Below are positions 53,638-64,000 of a stretch of 64,000 nucleotides of DNA, one piece after another; position 1 is the stretch's first letter; the number at the start of each line of letters is the position of its first letter. The stretch lies in the NCBI GenBank assembly GCA_963796275.1, contig CAWCKY010000007.1, positions 544,001 through 608,000 on the forward strand. Direction: 5' to 3'. The position numbers and the translations under genes are program-made. The notes under the pieces were generated by a model. The model made no database searches. It was not told where the DNA came from and saw nothing but the letters and a program-made list of their open reading frames with translations. Source of the DNA: an uncultured Acidobacteriota bacterium (GTDB lineage: Bacteria; Acidobacteriota; Blastocatellia; RBC074).

Positions 53638-55986
53638 TCACATCAGGCGTTCACGCAAAAACGAAAATACCCTCGTATAGGCGCGGCGTGCGATATTTGG
53701 CCAACCATCGCCCGGCAGGATGACAGGGAAGTTCTTGGTGCCGGGTTGATTCCACGAATTGTCCCAGCCGCTGCCATCCCAAAACAGATCCACGTTCATG
53801 GCGCCGATCTCTTTCACCAATCCGCCCGGATCACGGCCATTGCCGTCGAACTTGTTGCCGAAAATTCGATTGCCTTCCGGGACGGAGCCGACGTCGAAAG
53901 TCTTCCCTCCGGGAAAGGCAAGCGCCAATCCGACGACGGCGATTCCCAAGCTGTTGTTGCCCCGAATAACATTCTCGGTAACTTCGGTGCGATCCGCGGC
54001 CATTATCAACATGCCAGTGCCGGGGACCACTCGCCCCACTATCGAATTGGGATCGCCAAAATTCGGATGGTTGTTGTTGACGATGCGGTTGCGCACTACG
54101 CGCGTATCGCTGCCGACTTTTGATGGATTGTTTGGCAAAAGGAAAACAAGGATGCCGCCTGTGTTGTCGTGTACGTAGTTATTCTCGACCAGCGCGTTGA
54201 CGGAGTTTTCGATTTCGATGCCGGTGACATTGTTGTAAGCCTCATTGTTGCGTACAACGATGTCGCTCGATTGACCGACGTATATTCCGGCATCCTTGAT
54301 TCCGGTGACACGACAGTTTTCGATGAGCACGCCCTTGCATTCGACCGGATAAACCCCGTACAGCCCTGCATTATTAACCTCCAGGGCGCGGAACGTCGCG
54401 TTCGTACCCCCGTGAACGGTGATCCCATTATTGACATAGTCTTTGATCGCCAGACCCTCAATCGTGAAATTGTGGCTCGATGTAATGACGGCGTCGGTCA
54501 ACCTGTTCAGCCCGTCCAGCGTGGGTTTCTCTCCATTCACGCGCAGGCCCCGGATAGTGATGTTGTCGACGTCGACCAGCAATGATTCGTGATAGCTGCC
54601 GGGTAGAATTTCGATCGTGTCGCCGGCGATCGTGCGATCGATGACTGACTGAATCGATTCGCCCGGTTTGATGCGCCAGGTTGCCGGCTGACGTTGTTCT
54701 CTCCGATTTCGCGCCAGCTCAGCATTCACCGGACGGGGTTGGACTATCGCAGTAATTTTTATCCGCTCAACTACGGGTAATCCGGAAGGCACGCGCGCGG
54801 GAAATGCGGGCTTTTTCGTTTCATCGGTCAAGGCGTGCAGAAAGGCGATAATCGCTTTCTTCTCCTGGGGGCTGAGTATGAAACGGCGGATCTTATCATC
54901 GAGGTTCGGGAGGGCCATATCGAAACTCAGACCCCCGCCGACCGAATAGAAGGATAGGACCTCTTCGAGCGTCTGGAATCGTCCGTTGTGCATATAAGGC
55001 GCGGTCAGGGCGATGTTCCGCAACGTCGGAACTTTGAAGGCATGTTTGTACGGCTCGCCGCCAACCACCTCAGCGCGCCCAATGTCTCCTGTTTGTCCCG
55101 GTATTCCCGGTTGCCCCGATTGCACCGGCAGAGGTGGCACGCCGATCACTTTAAAATCCGGATTGGCGAAGGTGGGAAAACCGTGACATTCAAAGCAGCG
55201 GGTCTTGAGCGAGCGAAAGAGTGTCAGGCCATGCCGCTGTTCCGCAGTGAGCGCGGTCGCATCGCCAGCCGCGTAACGGTCGAATGGCGAGTTATTGCTG
55301 ATGATCGTTCTTTCAAACGCCGCGACGGCATTGGTCACATTATCAAAATTGACTGCCGAACCGCCGCTGCCGCCGAATGCCTTGTCGAACATCTGCGAAT
55401 ATTCGGGAATTGCCTTCAGTTCGCTGACCAGATCATCAGGGTTCTGGTTCATCTCGTCCGCTGAAGTGATCGGCGAACGCGCCTGGTGCTCCAGGTCATC
55501 GGCGCGGCCGTCCCAAAATAGTTTGTGTGAGAATGCTGCGTTCCAAATGGTAGGTGAGCCGCGTTTGATTTGCTTGCCGCCCATCCTATCGGGGCCGATG
55601 CCCTTGCCGCCTTTGCCCATCGCTAAATTGCGGCCGTCGCTGAAACCCAGGTCGGGATGATGGCAGGTCGCACAGGACTGTGTGTTATCACCCGACAGAA
55701 CAGGGTCGAAGTATAGCAATCGACCGAGCTCGGCTTTCTCCGGCGTATTGGGGTTATGCGCGCGCTGGTTCATCTCCGGGAATGGGCGGCGCAGCCCCCC
55801 GCTGCCCGGATTGCCGTTGGTTGCGCTCCCGGAAGGTATATCCGGGGAAAATGGGATCATTCCTATAACGAGTATTGCGATTACGATTATTCCCAGCGTC
55901 GCAATGAAAAGCATCAGAATGCGGCGCGCCCAGTTGTTTGGTGAAATGGCGGGGTTGGAGTTGAGAACATCGCTGGTATCGTCCAT
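53638..55986 (-). CDS. Di-heme cytochrome c peroxidase/MauG-family domain fused to a parallel beta-helix domain
   Basis: TM anchor, [34 protein letters not shown]; then [27 protein letters not shown] beta-helix repeats. Confidence 0.9.
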   Translation of the reverse strand: MDDTSDVLNSNPAISPNNWARRILMLFIATLGIIVIAILVIGMIPFSPDIPSGSATNGNPGSGGLRRPFPEMNQRAHNPNTPEKAELGRLLYFDPVLSGDNTQSCATCHHPDLGFSDGRNLAMGKGGKGIGPDRMGGKQIKRGSPTIWNAAFSHKLFWDGRADDLEHQARSPITSADEMNQNPDDLVSELKAIPEYSQMFDKAFGGSGGSAVNFDNVTNAVAAFERTIISNNSPFDRYAAGDATALTAEQRHGLTLFRSLKTRCFECHGFPTFANPDFKVIGVPPLPVQSGQPGIPGQTGDIGRAEVVGGEPYKHAFKVPTLRNIALTAPYMHNGRFQTLEEVLSFYSVGGGLSFDMALPNLDDKIRRFILSPQEKKAIIAFLHALTDETKKPAFPARVPSGLPVVERIKITAIVQPRPVNAELARNRREQRQPATWRIKPGESIQSVIDRTIAGDTIEILPGSYHESLLVDVDNITIRGLRVNGEKPTLDGLNRLTDAVITSSHNFTIEGLAIKDYVNNGITVHGGTNATFRALEVNNAGLYGVYPVECKGVLIENCRVTGIKDAGIYVGQSSDIVVRNNEAYNNVTGIEIENSVNALVENNYVHDNTGGILVFLLPNNPSKVGSDTRVVRNRIVNNNHPNFGDPNSIVGRVVPGTGMLIMAADRTEVTENVIRGNNSLGIAVVGLALAFPGGKTFDVGSVPEGNRIFGNKFDGNGRDPGGLVKEIGAMNVDLFWDGSGWDNSWNQPGTKNFPVILPGDGWPNIARRAYTRVFSFLRERLM

Positions 55987-56262
55987 CGTTGTATTCTCCC
56001 CTGAAGATTGTCTGGATTTTACAGGACTATCCAGAATTTACCGCGATCCTGTAATTCTCGATTATCTCTTAAATCATCTCTCGTGTGTCTAAATATATTC
56101 AAAACGTTAGGATGTATATATTTTCATTACCGGCCGTGTCAATTCGTACTTTGGTGTGTTGACTCGCTTGTGATGTTAGAATTATTCTGATTTTGCCTAA
56201 GGTTCTATAGATAAAATGGATCATCAGAATAGGAGAATCTGATATGAGTATCTGATATTAGT

Positions 56263-56673
56263 TTGAAAACGACATTGATAGCCGTGCTGCTTGCAGCCAC
56301 AGTAGTAGTAGTCGCAGCGCAGAAGAAGGCGGCGAATAATTCGCCCGACAACGGCCAACCCAGGCTGGCTATGGATTCGTTCGAACACTCGTTCGGAACG
56401 GTCAAAGCAGGGACGCCATTGAAACATACATTCAAGGTCAAAAACGATGGCAAAGCCCCTCTCGCAATAACTAACGTCAGCCCCGCGTGCGGCTGCACTA
56501 CGACCAATTATGATAAAGCGATTGAGCCCGGACAAACGGGGGGGATCACTCTGGAGATCGATAAGACGGAAAGCTATAAAGGTGAGGTGGTGAAGACCGC
56601 CGAAGTTACCACCAATGATCCGAATAAGACGAGATTCACACTAGTTCTCCGTGCCAATGTCACTGCCAAGTGA
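56263..56673 (+). CDS. DUF1573-like Ig-fold exported protein
   Basis: Signal peptide, FGTV, HTFKVKNDGKAPL, PACGCT, IEPGQTG; true start may be ATG 56244 if one base is an insertion error. Confidence 0.85.
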   Translation: MKTTLIAVLLAATVVVVAAQKKAANNSPDNGQPRLAMDSFEHSFGTVKAGTPLKHTFKVKNDGKAPLAITNVSPACGCTTTNYDKAIEPGQTGGITLEIDKTESYKGEVVKTAEVTTNDPNKTRFTLVLRANVTAK

Positions 56674-56714
56674 GCTCATTCATTACTTTTTCTTCGAGGG
56701 ACAAAACGAATTCT

Positions 56715-57185
56715 ATGCTAAGACGATTGATCACCATAACTGTTACAAGTTTAATTTTCCCCGCCGGCCTCTTGATTTCGGCGTGCAGCGGTAACAGCGC
56801 TCATAATCATCAGGGACATGTATCTCCGACACCTGGCAGCGCTTCTGCTCCCGCGATGGCGAAAAGGGTTCCGGCCTACTTTAAAGAACCGCCGGATATA
56901 AAACTGCTGCCAGCTACCTTGTCTCCCGCCATGTTCAGCGGTCAAACCAGGGAAGCATATCAGATAGCGCAAGATATTCCGGAAACTCTGGCTCAACTGC
57001 CGTGTTTCTGTTATTGCGATTATTCAGTCGGTCACAAGAGTCTTCACAGCTGTTTCGAGGATGAACACTCGGTCGGATGCGCACTGTGTCAGGATAGCGC
57101 GATGATGGCTAAAGAGCTCAAGGACGATGGCCTCAACATCGAACAGATCCGTGAAAAGTTGATCGCCAAATACAACAAGCACTAA
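56715..57185 (+). CDS. PCYCGC/CYCXC-motif Cys-rich lipoprotein
   Basis: Lipobox LISA-C, His-rich linker, LPCFCYC, GHKSLHSCF, CALC. Confidence 0.85.
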   Translation: MLRRLITITVTSLIFPAGLLISACSGNSAHNHQGHVSPTPGSASAPAMAKRVPAYFKEPPDIKLLPATLSPAMFSGQTREAYQIAQDIPETLAQLPCFCYCDYSVGHKSLHSCFEDEHSVGCALCQDSAMMAKELKDDGLNIEQIREKLIAKYNKH

Positions 57186-57673
57186 GGTCGTCTGGTCACC
57201 CAGAGGACAGCCAGTACGGCATAAAGGGCCATTCCAATCCAGCGCAATGGCCCTTCTACGAAAACTACGGTGGCATTGAAGATAATGATGAGCAGGAATA
57301 CGTGCCATGCCACCGTCAGGATATTTGGGCGACGTCGAAAGTTCTCCGGCAACAGCCACCACCAGGCTACATCCACCACCCAGGCGAGCATCACCGCATA
57401 GTTAATGTACATCCCGCCGCCCCAGTAGATTCCGAATACTTTGGCCGTTTGACGGGCGGTTTCGCGATAGACCGAGTACTGGCTCCAACCGTGATAGTGG
57501 TGGAGTGCGAGCGCGACATGGACGAGAAGACTGAGGCAGCCCGCAGTCCAAATCAGTCTTGCTGCAGATTCCCATTTCCATTTTTTGTCGGCGATGAAAT
57601 ATGCCGTCGCGAGGTAATATGCGGCGAGCGTAAACCAGATGGTGATTCGTGTCAGAAATTCGCCCCTGTTCAT
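57182..57673 (-). CDS. Hypothetical membrane protein (about 5 TM)
   Basis: 163 aa with hydrophobic segments; start overlaps the oxygenase stop. Confidence 0.75.
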   Translation of the reverse strand: MNRGEFLTRITIWFTLAAYYLATAYFIADKKWKWESAARLIWTAGCLSLLVHVALALHHYHGWSQYSVYRETARQTAKVFGIYWGGGMYINYAVMLAWVVDVAWWWLLPENFRRRPNILTVAWHVFLLIIIFNATVVFVEGPLRWIGMALYAVLAVLWVTRRP

Positions 57674-58677
57674 TATAAAATCTTCTTCTTCAGGTCGGGG
57701 AAAACTTGGGAGACCTTACTAAGCAGATAATCTCCGTATGTTCCCATGGATCCATGCACGCTGGCGTGGTCCCAGCGGTCTTCCTCGTCGTCATGTGATG
57801 ACCGGCACAGATCGATGGGTTTCACTTCAACATTGAAGTTCGGGTCGAAGAAAAATGGGAAGGAGAGGCGATTTCTATGAGAGAGGTTTCTTACGCGATG
57901 AGGGGTTGAGCGATAAAACCCGCCTGTCATGCGATCAAGCATATCTCCTATATTACAGACAAGAGACCCGGGTACTGGCGGGGCATCAATCCAACCCGAT
58001 TTCGCTTTAATCTGCAGCCCGCCCGACTCGTCTTGTTGCAAGATGGTGAGAATGCCATAGTCAGTGTGTTCTCCAACACCCCATGAATACTTATCGTCGG
58101 CCTTTTCGGGAAATGGCGGATAATTGAAGATGCGGAATAGTGTCAACGGGTCTGAAGTGTAACGATCAGCGAAATAACTTTCTTCGAGATCGAGGCTGAG
58201 GGCGATGCCGGCCATCAATCGGTGGCCGAGTGTCGTCATAGCGTCCATATAATTCAACACGGTTTCGCGGAATTCCGGGAGCTTGGCGGGGAAAAGATTC
58301 CGACCGTGCATCGGGGCGCCGGCTTTGACCATGGGGTGATCATCCGGCAACTCCGCCCCGAAATAGATGCCCTCCTTCAGATCGGGGTTACCCGACGTCA
58401 ATTCTCCGCCGACCGGGAAATATCCGCGCCACGCGCGGCCGCCCAGAGACATTTTGATTTCGAGTTTGGTCTCCAGGTCCTGTGAGAAAAACTGCCGGCT
58501 CAGGCTTCCCAATCGTTGCTGCAACTCCTCGCCGATACCATGGCCGGTGATATAGAAAAAACCGTATTCGCGGCAGGCCCGACCGATGTGGTCAGATGCC
58601 TCGCGCACTTCGCCGGATCCGCAGGCGAGAGCAGTGATGTCGATAACAGGTAATTGTGAATGCCTTTCGCTCATCAA
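57673..58677 (-). CDS. 2OG-Fe(II) oxygenase, isopenicillin N synthase family
   Basis: LPVIDI, GFFYITGHG, HTD...H iron ligands (STPHRV), RLS motif. Confidence 0.93.
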   Translation of the reverse strand: MMSERHSQLPVIDITALACGSGEVREASDHIGRACREYGFFYITGHGIGEELQQRLGSLSRQFFSQDLETKLEIKMSLGGRAWRGYFPVGGELTSGNPDLKEGIYFGAELPDDHPMVKAGAPMHGRNLFPAKLPEFRETVLNYMDAMTTLGHRLMAGIALSLDLEESYFADRYTSDPLTLFRIFNYPPFPEKADDKYSWGVGEHTDYGILTILQQDESGGLQIKAKSGWIDAPPVPGSLVCNIGDMLDRMTGGFYRSTPHRVRNLSHRNRLSFPFFFDPNFNVEVKPIDLCRSSHDDEEDRWDHASVHGSMGTYGDYLLSKVSQVFPDLKKKIL

Positions 58678-58798
58678 ATCCGTGACGGAATTCTAAACCA
58701 GGTCGATTTGCAGTAAAATCCATTCCAACTGCAATACTCTGACTGAATCAGGTATAACACGAGCGATCATCCAATAAAGGGAATTAAGGAGAGCCTAC

Positions 58799-59650
58799 AT
58801 GAAATTGATCAGCAACTCACTCCTGATCGGATTTGTTTTGTCTTTCATCCCGGGCGATGTTTTCGGGCAGGTTGCGGCGGACCAGTCCGCGGAGTTGCGC
58901 GGCGGCAAGGGGTTCATCGCCACGCGCGTCTACTCGTTTGAAGATGACAAAAAGATTCTCGCGCTCTTCGATGGCCTGCGCGTCGCCGATGTATCGGACG
59001 GGATGGACAAGGCTGGACTGCACAGCACGGGGCTAATGAGCTCCGATATACGACCTCTCTGGAAGGACACGATCAACTATGCGCACCGCTTTATCGGAAT
59101 TGCGGTCACGGCGCGTTACGTGCCGTCGCAAAACCCTCCGGCGGGCAAAATGAGCCCGCCGGAGTTCGATAAGTGGGAAGGCGCGTGGTATTCGCAGAAA
59201 TCGAGCGAGCCGTTCATCCCCTTGCTGCGCGAAGGTTCGGCGCTCGTCATCGAAGAGGCCGGCGAAGCCGATGTCGGTTCGATCGGCTCGAACAATATCC
59301 TGGCGTGGAAAGCGCGCGGGATGGTCGGAGTGGTGACGAGCAACACGGCGCGCGATACGGACGAGATCATTGCGCAGAAAGTCCCGCTCTACTTTCAGAA
59401 GCCGGGGCGGGGCATTCGACCCGGCCGCAACGAGATCGAATCGGTCAACCGGCCGATCGTTTGCGGAGGCGCGCTGGTCAAACCGGGAGACGTGATCGTG
59501 GCTGATGGCGACGGCGTGATCGTGGTGCCGCGCGCACACGCCGAGGATGTCGCGCGCTTCGCCCGGATGGTCATCGATAATGATAAGGCGGCGCGCACGA
59601 AACTTTACGAAAAACTGGGTATGCCGAAGGATAAATCAGTCAACCAGTAA
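58799..59650 (+). CDS. RraA/HMG-aldolase family protein with signal peptide
   Basis: AGGAG RBS; RVADVSDGMD, GIAVT, ARDTDE, VKPGDVIVADGDGVIVVP. Confidence 0.85.
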   Translation: MKLISNSLLIGFVLSFIPGDVFGQVAADQSAELRGGKGFIATRVYSFEDDKKILALFDGLRVADVSDGMDKAGLHSTGLMSSDIRPLWKDTINYAHRFIGIAVTARYVPSQNPPAGKMSPPEFDKWEGAWYSQKSSEPFIPLLREGSALVIEEAGEADVGSIGSNNILAWKARGMVGVVTSNTARDTDEIIAQKVPLYFQKPGRGIRPGRNEIESVNRPIVCGGALVKPGDVIVADGDGVIVVPRAHAEDVARFARMVIDNDKAARTKLYEKLGMPKDKSVNQ

Positions 59651-59666
59651 TAATGTGGAGGAAGCC

Positions 59667-61250
59667 ATGAACCTGCCAACATCGAGAAGATCGTTTCTCA
59701 AAACCAGTGCGAGCGCCGGTGCGCTGATCGGATTGGGAGATCTTTCATTCTTATCGCAATTGCCCCCGGTTGCGCGCGCGGACGCTCAATTGACTTCCAG
59801 GGCCGTCCGATTGAATCCTGAAATCGAGCCGCTGGTACGCTTGCTCGAAGATACACCGCGCGATCGATTGCTTGAGGTAGTAGCCGAACGAATCATGCGG
59901 GATGCACGGGGCAACCGGGGCAACGGGGGCAACCGGGGCAACGGGAGCAAAAAAACCAACGTGGGCGACGAAGGGCTGGAGTATCGAGAATTGCTGGCGG
60001 CACTGTTGTTAGCCGGAATACGCAACATTCAACCGCGGCCGGTCGGTTTCAAATTTCACGCAGTGCTCGTCGTCAATTCGGCGCATCTGGCCAGTATAGC
60101 CAGCCCCGATTCTGACCGATGGCTGCCGATCTTCTGGGCCCTCGATCATTTCAAGGAATCCCAGGCTCGCGATGTGCGAGAGGGAGATTGGACGATGAGC
60201 CCGGTCAACGAGTCTGCCGTTCCCGGGCCGACCAAAGCCCGTCAAGCATTTATCGAGGCGATGGACAAGTGGGATGTACCGGCGGCCGATGCAGCCGTGG
60301 CGGGGCTGGTTCGCAGCGCAAGCGCGCAGGAATTGTTCGAGATATTTTGCCGCTACGGCGCGCGTGACTTCCGGGATATCGGTCACAAGGCCATCTATGT
60401 GGCGAATGGGTGGCGCACTCTGCAACACATCGGCTGGCAGCACGCGGAGGTGGTTTTTCGTTCGCTCGCTTATGCGCTCCTCTATCACGAAGGCGGGAAT
60501 CCGGCGAGCCGGGATGCTGCGCCCGATCGCCCGTGGCGGCGCAACCAGTCGAAGGCCGCGAATATTCGCGGGCGCTTGCAGCAGGGCAAACCAGACGCAG
60601 CGGCGACCGCGGAATTGTTGGCGACTTTGCGCCAGGCTACCGACGAAGAGGCGTGCGATAAAGTGGTAGACCAGCTCAATCGCGGCGTAGGGACGCAACC
60701 TATCTGGGATGCTTTTTTCCTGGGATCCGGCGAATTGCTCATGCGACAGCCGGGGATCGTATCGCTGCACGCGGTAACCTCGACCAACGCGCTATATTTC
60801 GCATATCGAAACAGCACTGATGACGGGACCAGGAAGATGTTATTGCTGCAGAACGCCGCCTTCCTCACGCTATTCCGCGGAGATCCGGCGGGCGACAATG
60901 CCGTCAAGATAGATATATTCGAACCGGCACCGCTCAAAGCCAGAGATCAGGCGATGAACGAGATTTTTGCGGATGTGAGCAATGACAGGATGGTCGCCGC
61001 CCGCAAAATGCTGTCACATCTCAGCGAAACCTCACATCCGGAGACGCTGATCGACAGTGCCAGGCGTCTGATATTTCTCAAAGGAAATAACGCGCACGAT
61101 TACAAGTACAGCTCGGCTGTTCTGGAAGATTACTATAACGTTTCCGATATCTGGCGTAACCGTTTCCTGGCGTCCAGCGCCTTCAACCTGCGCGGGTCCG
61201 GCAGTCCGGATAATGAACTGGTCAAACGGACGCGTGCGGCATTGCTGTAA
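59667..61250 (+). CDS. Tat-exported helical hypothetical protein with internally repeated His motifs
   Basis: GGAGG RBS, SRRSFLK Tat motif; FHAVL/LHAVT and GHKAIY/AHDYKY pairs. Confidence 0.82.
   Translation: MNLPTSRRSFLKTSASAGALIGLGDLSFLSQLPPVARADAQLTSRAVRLNPEIEPLVRLLEDTPRDRLLEVVAERIMRDARGNRGNGGNRGNGSKKTNVGDEGLEYRELLAALLLAGIRNIQPRPVGFKFHAVLVVNSAHLASIASPDSDRWLPIFWALDHFKESQARDVREGDWTMSPVNESAVPGPTKARQAFIEAMDKWDVPAADAAVAGLVRSASAQELFEIFCRYGARDFRDIGHKAIYVANGWRTLQHIGWQHAEVVFRSLAYALLYHEGGNPASRDAAPDRPWRRNQSKAANIRGRLQQGKPDAAATAELLATLRQATDEEACDKVVDQLNRGVGTQPIWDAFFLGSGELLMRQPGIVSLHAVTSTNALYFAYRNSTDDGTRKMLLLQNAAFLTLFRGDPAGDNAVKIDIFEPAPLKARDQAMNEIFADVSNDRMVAARKMLSHLSETSHPETLIDSARRLIFLKGNNAHDYKYSSAVLEDYYNVSDIWRNRFLASSAFNLRGSGSPDNELVKRTRAALL
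59907..59942 (+). repeat. In-frame 9-bp tandem repeat (SGGGGCAAC)4 encoding RGN/GGN
   Basis: Read directly from the sequence. Confidence 0.85.
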
Positions 61251-61331
61251 AGAGATTACGAAAGAAGGAGTCAAGGGGCGGAATTCGGGGACGAATAAAC
61301 ACTTGCGAAATTCTCCTGACATTCGCCTTCA

Positions 61332-64000
61332 TTAAATCATTGCTTCTCGCAAGACCTCAGCCGGGTGTTTAGCGCGCCGGCCGGTCAGATGCTCGATCTG
61401 CTGGCGGCACGAGATGCCTGGCGCGACGATCTCGGCGTTCGCCGGTTGCGCTAGAACGGCAGGCGCCAGGCGCCGCTTGCCCAGGTTGACGGAAATGTCG
61501 TAGTGCTCTTTCTCGAAACCGAAAGAACCAGCCATTCCGCAACATCCCGAATCGACTTCGATCACCTCGAAGTTGGCCCATTTCAGCGCCGCGACAGTCG
61601 GAGCTGTGCCTACCATCGCTTTCTGGTGACAATGACCGTGGAGCAGCGCTTGCCGCCGGTCTTCTTTAAATGCCAGAGCTAGTCCATCGGTTTTCTCCCT
61701 CAGGAGGAATTCTTCGAGCAGAAAGCTTGATCGAGCTACTTTCCTGGCATCATCGGTTCGCAGCATTTCCACCGACTCATCGCGTAGCGTGAGCAGGCAG
61801 GATGGTTCGAGCCCGACGACCGCGATGTCGCGTTCGACCCAAGGGATGAGCCGCGCCACGTTCCAGGCGGCATGCTCTTTGGCTTCGCTTAGCATACCTT
61901 TGGAGATGAGCGGTCGGCCGCAGCACTTCTTGTTCACCAACTCAACGCGATATCCAGCTGACTCTAAAAGCTCGACGGCGGCGCGTCCGATCTCGGGCGC
62001 GTTATAGGTAACGAACGTATCGTGAAAGAGAACCACCGCTCCGCGCGGCGCCGCTTTCAAACGCTTCCGGGCATAGAACCATGTTGTGAAAGATTCGTTC
62101 GCGAATGGCGGGAGCGGGCGACGGCAGTCGATGCCGAGAAGTTGATCCATGAGCCAACGATTGAGCCGGGATGAAGCGATTCTGTTCGAAACCGGTGCAA
62201 ACTTCGAACCGATCTGCGAAAGCCTGGCAATGCGCCCGAATATCCGGTTCCGCAGCGGTAGTCCGTGTACACGGTGATAGTGATGGAGGAACTCATATTT
62301 CAGCTTCGCCATATCCACATTGGCAGGGCATTCGGACTTGCACGCCTTGCATTCGAGGCAGAGGTCCATGACTTCGTAGAGCCGGCGGCTGGTGAAGTCG
62401 GAGGCGGGAAGATGGCCGGAGAGCACCGCGCGCAGCGCATTGGCGCGACCGCGGGTGGAATGTTCTTCGTCTTTCGTCGCCATGTATGAAGGGCACATCG
62501 TCCCTTCGAGCGTTTTTCGGCAAACGCCGGCGCCGTTGCACATTTCGACCGATGCGGCGAATCCACCCTGTTTGGAAAAGTCGAGCAAGGTGACGGGCTC
62601 CCACGTCTTGTATTCTGGGCCATACCTCAGGTGTTCCGTGAGAGGCGGACTGTCAACGATATTCCCCGGGTTCATCAAATTTTTCGGGTCGAAGGCCCGC
62701 TTCAATTCGCGAAATGCTTCGAGAATCGTCGATCCATACACACGCTCCAGATAGGGGCTGCGCGCCCGGCCGTCTCCATGCTCGCTCGAGATCGCTCCGC
62801 CGAACTCCATCACCAGGTCGGTAATCTCATCGGCGATCGCTTTCACCTGTGCGAGCGACTTTTGTGTTTTGAGGTTTATCATCGGCCGGATGTGTAGACA
62901 CCCGACCGAGCAATGGCCATAGTAGGCGCCATCGGTTCCATGCTTGGACATGATCTCGCGGAAACGAGGTACGAAGACCGGAAGATGCTTCGGATCGACC
63001 GCCGTATCTTCGACGAACGCGATGGGCTTGGCATCGCCCTTGATGCCCATCAACAGCCCGAGGCCCGCTTTGCGAAGCTTCCAGATAGCTCGTTGTTCAT
63101 CCGGGTCATACGCTATGTGAGCGGCGTAGCCGAACCGGCGTCTGGCACGCAGCGACTCGAGCGCTTCGACTTTGCCCCTGACCTCAGCATCGCTCTCGCC
63201 TGCATATTCGACGCCCAGAATAACGGCCGGGTCTCCCTGAATGAATCCCATGCGCTGTGAAATCTCGAAATTGGCGCGAGCCAGGTCGAGGATCATCTTG
63301 TCGGTCATTTCGACCGAGTACGGCCCGGTCTCTAGAATGTCTTGCGATGATTCGAGAGCCTCCTGAATGTCCTGATAATGCACGACGACCAAGGCTGTCT
63401 TCTTCGGCCGTTCGACCACTCGCACCTTCGCTTCGACGACATTGAGCAGCGTTCCTTCGGAGCCGACGACCAAGCGCGCCATGTTGAGCGGCCGGTCCTT
63501 CACGAGTTCATCGAGATTGTATCCGCATACGCGCCGCCAGTACGTGGGATAACGGGCGAGAATCTCATCGCGGTAGATATTCTTGATGTGCGCCACTCTT
63601 CGGTAGATTTCACCTTCCAGGCCGGAGAGCTTCATCTTCTCCGCCAATGATTGGGGCGTGACCTCGCCAAAGACCGCTTTGCTCCCGTCGGCCAGAATCG
63701 CCGTCAATTCGAGGACGTGGTCTATCGTGAGGCCGTAGGCGATCGAATGAGAACCTCCGGAATTATTGCCGATCATTCCACCGAGCGTCGCGCGACTTGA
63801 CGTCGATGTGTCGGGACCGAAAAGCAGCCCCATCGGGCGCAGATGTTGATTGAGTTCATCCTGGACAAGGCCGGGCTGAACCCTAGCCCATAGCTCTTCC
63901 CGATTGACCTCGATCACCTGGTTGAGATGTGCCGAATAGTCGATGATGACCGCATAATTGACCGTTTGACCGGTCAGCGAGGTTCCGCCGCCGCGCGGCA
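61332..64000 (-). CDS. FAD-binding and Fe-S oxidoreductase (GlcD/GlcF fusion, YdiJ/Dld-like), 5' end beyond the window
   Basis: Frame open to the window edge (PRGGGTSLTGQ); GGMIGNN, SEHGDG, CNGAGVC, CLECKACKSECP, CCG domains. Confidence 0.93.
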   Translation of the reverse strand, partial: PRGGGTSLTGQTVNYAVIIDYSAHLNQVIEVNREELWARVQPGLVQDELNQHLRPMGLLFGPDTSTSSRATLGGMIGNNSGGSHSIAYGLTIDHVLELTAILADGSKAVFGEVTPQSLAEKMKLSGLEGEIYRRVAHIKNIYRDEILARYPTYWRRVCGYNLDELVKDRPLNMARLVVGSEGTLLNVVEAKVRVVERPKKTALVVVHYQDIQEALESSQDILETGPYSVEMTDKMILDLARANFEISQRMGFIQGDPAVILGVEYAGESDAEVRGKVEALESLRARRRFGYAAHIAYDPDEQRAIWKLRKAGLGLLMGIKGDAKPIAFVEDTAVDPKHLPVFVPRFREIMSKHGTDGAYYGHCSVGCLHIRPMINLKTQKSLAQVKAIADEITDLVMEFGGAISSEHGDGRARSPYLERVYGSTILEAFRELKRAFDPKNLMNPGNIVDSPPLTEHLRYGPEYKTWEPVTLLDFSKQGGFAASVEMCNGAGVCRKTLEGTMCPSYMATKDEEHSTRGRANALRAVLSGHLPASDFTSRRLYEVMDLCLECKACKSECPANVDMAKLKYEFLHHYHRVHGLPLRNRIFGRIARLSQIGSKFAPVSNRIASSRLNRWLMDQLLGIDCRRPLPPFANESFTTWFYARKRLKAAPRGAVVLFHDTFVTYNAPEIGRAAVELLESAGYRVELVNKKCCGRPLISKGMLSEAKEHAAWNVARLIPWVERDIAVVGLEPSCLLTLRDESVEMLRTDDARKVARSSFLLEEFLLREKTDGLALAFKEDRRQALLHGHCHQKAMVGTAPTVAALKWANFEVIEVDSGCCGMAGSFGFEKEHYDISVNLGKRRLAPAVLAQPANAEIVAPGISCRQQIEHLTGRRAKHPAEVLREAMI

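Noticed and set aside
56263-57185. Selenoproteins
   Set aside because: All motif cysteines use TGT/TGC; there is no in-frame TGA

Overview
64 kb of bacterial chromosome, most likely Acidobacteriota, possibly Blastocatellia-like. That placement is inferred from three carboxypeptidase-like-domain TonB-dependent receptors, a PadR plus duplicated orphan ABC permease pair, a winged-helix/PD40 sensor and many REP-like palindromes. About 35 CDS were found; no rRNA, tRNA, CRISPR array or transposase was seen. The centrepiece (21.8-30.9 kb) is an aromatic-catabolism cluster: boxR, 4-hydroxybenzoyl-CoA reductase genes (hcrB and a fused hcrC-hcrA), and divergent boxC-boxB, with no boxA in the window and a TGCA-N6-TGCA operator between the two operons. 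Upstream lie a CoA ligase, thioesterase, DAD-type cupin, quinohemoprotein ADH, TBDRs and an MFS. The most unusual structure is an antisense four-helix-bundle (23S-IVP/Avd-like) gene between hcrA and hcrB, bounded by a perfect 26-bp inverted repeat made of AGTTTTC heptamers. Related heptamer arrays, often as inverted pairs without cargo, occupy every junction from boxR to boxB. Four genes, possibly five, carry single +1 frameshifts that are probably sequencing errors. All calls come from reading motifs by eye, without database searches.
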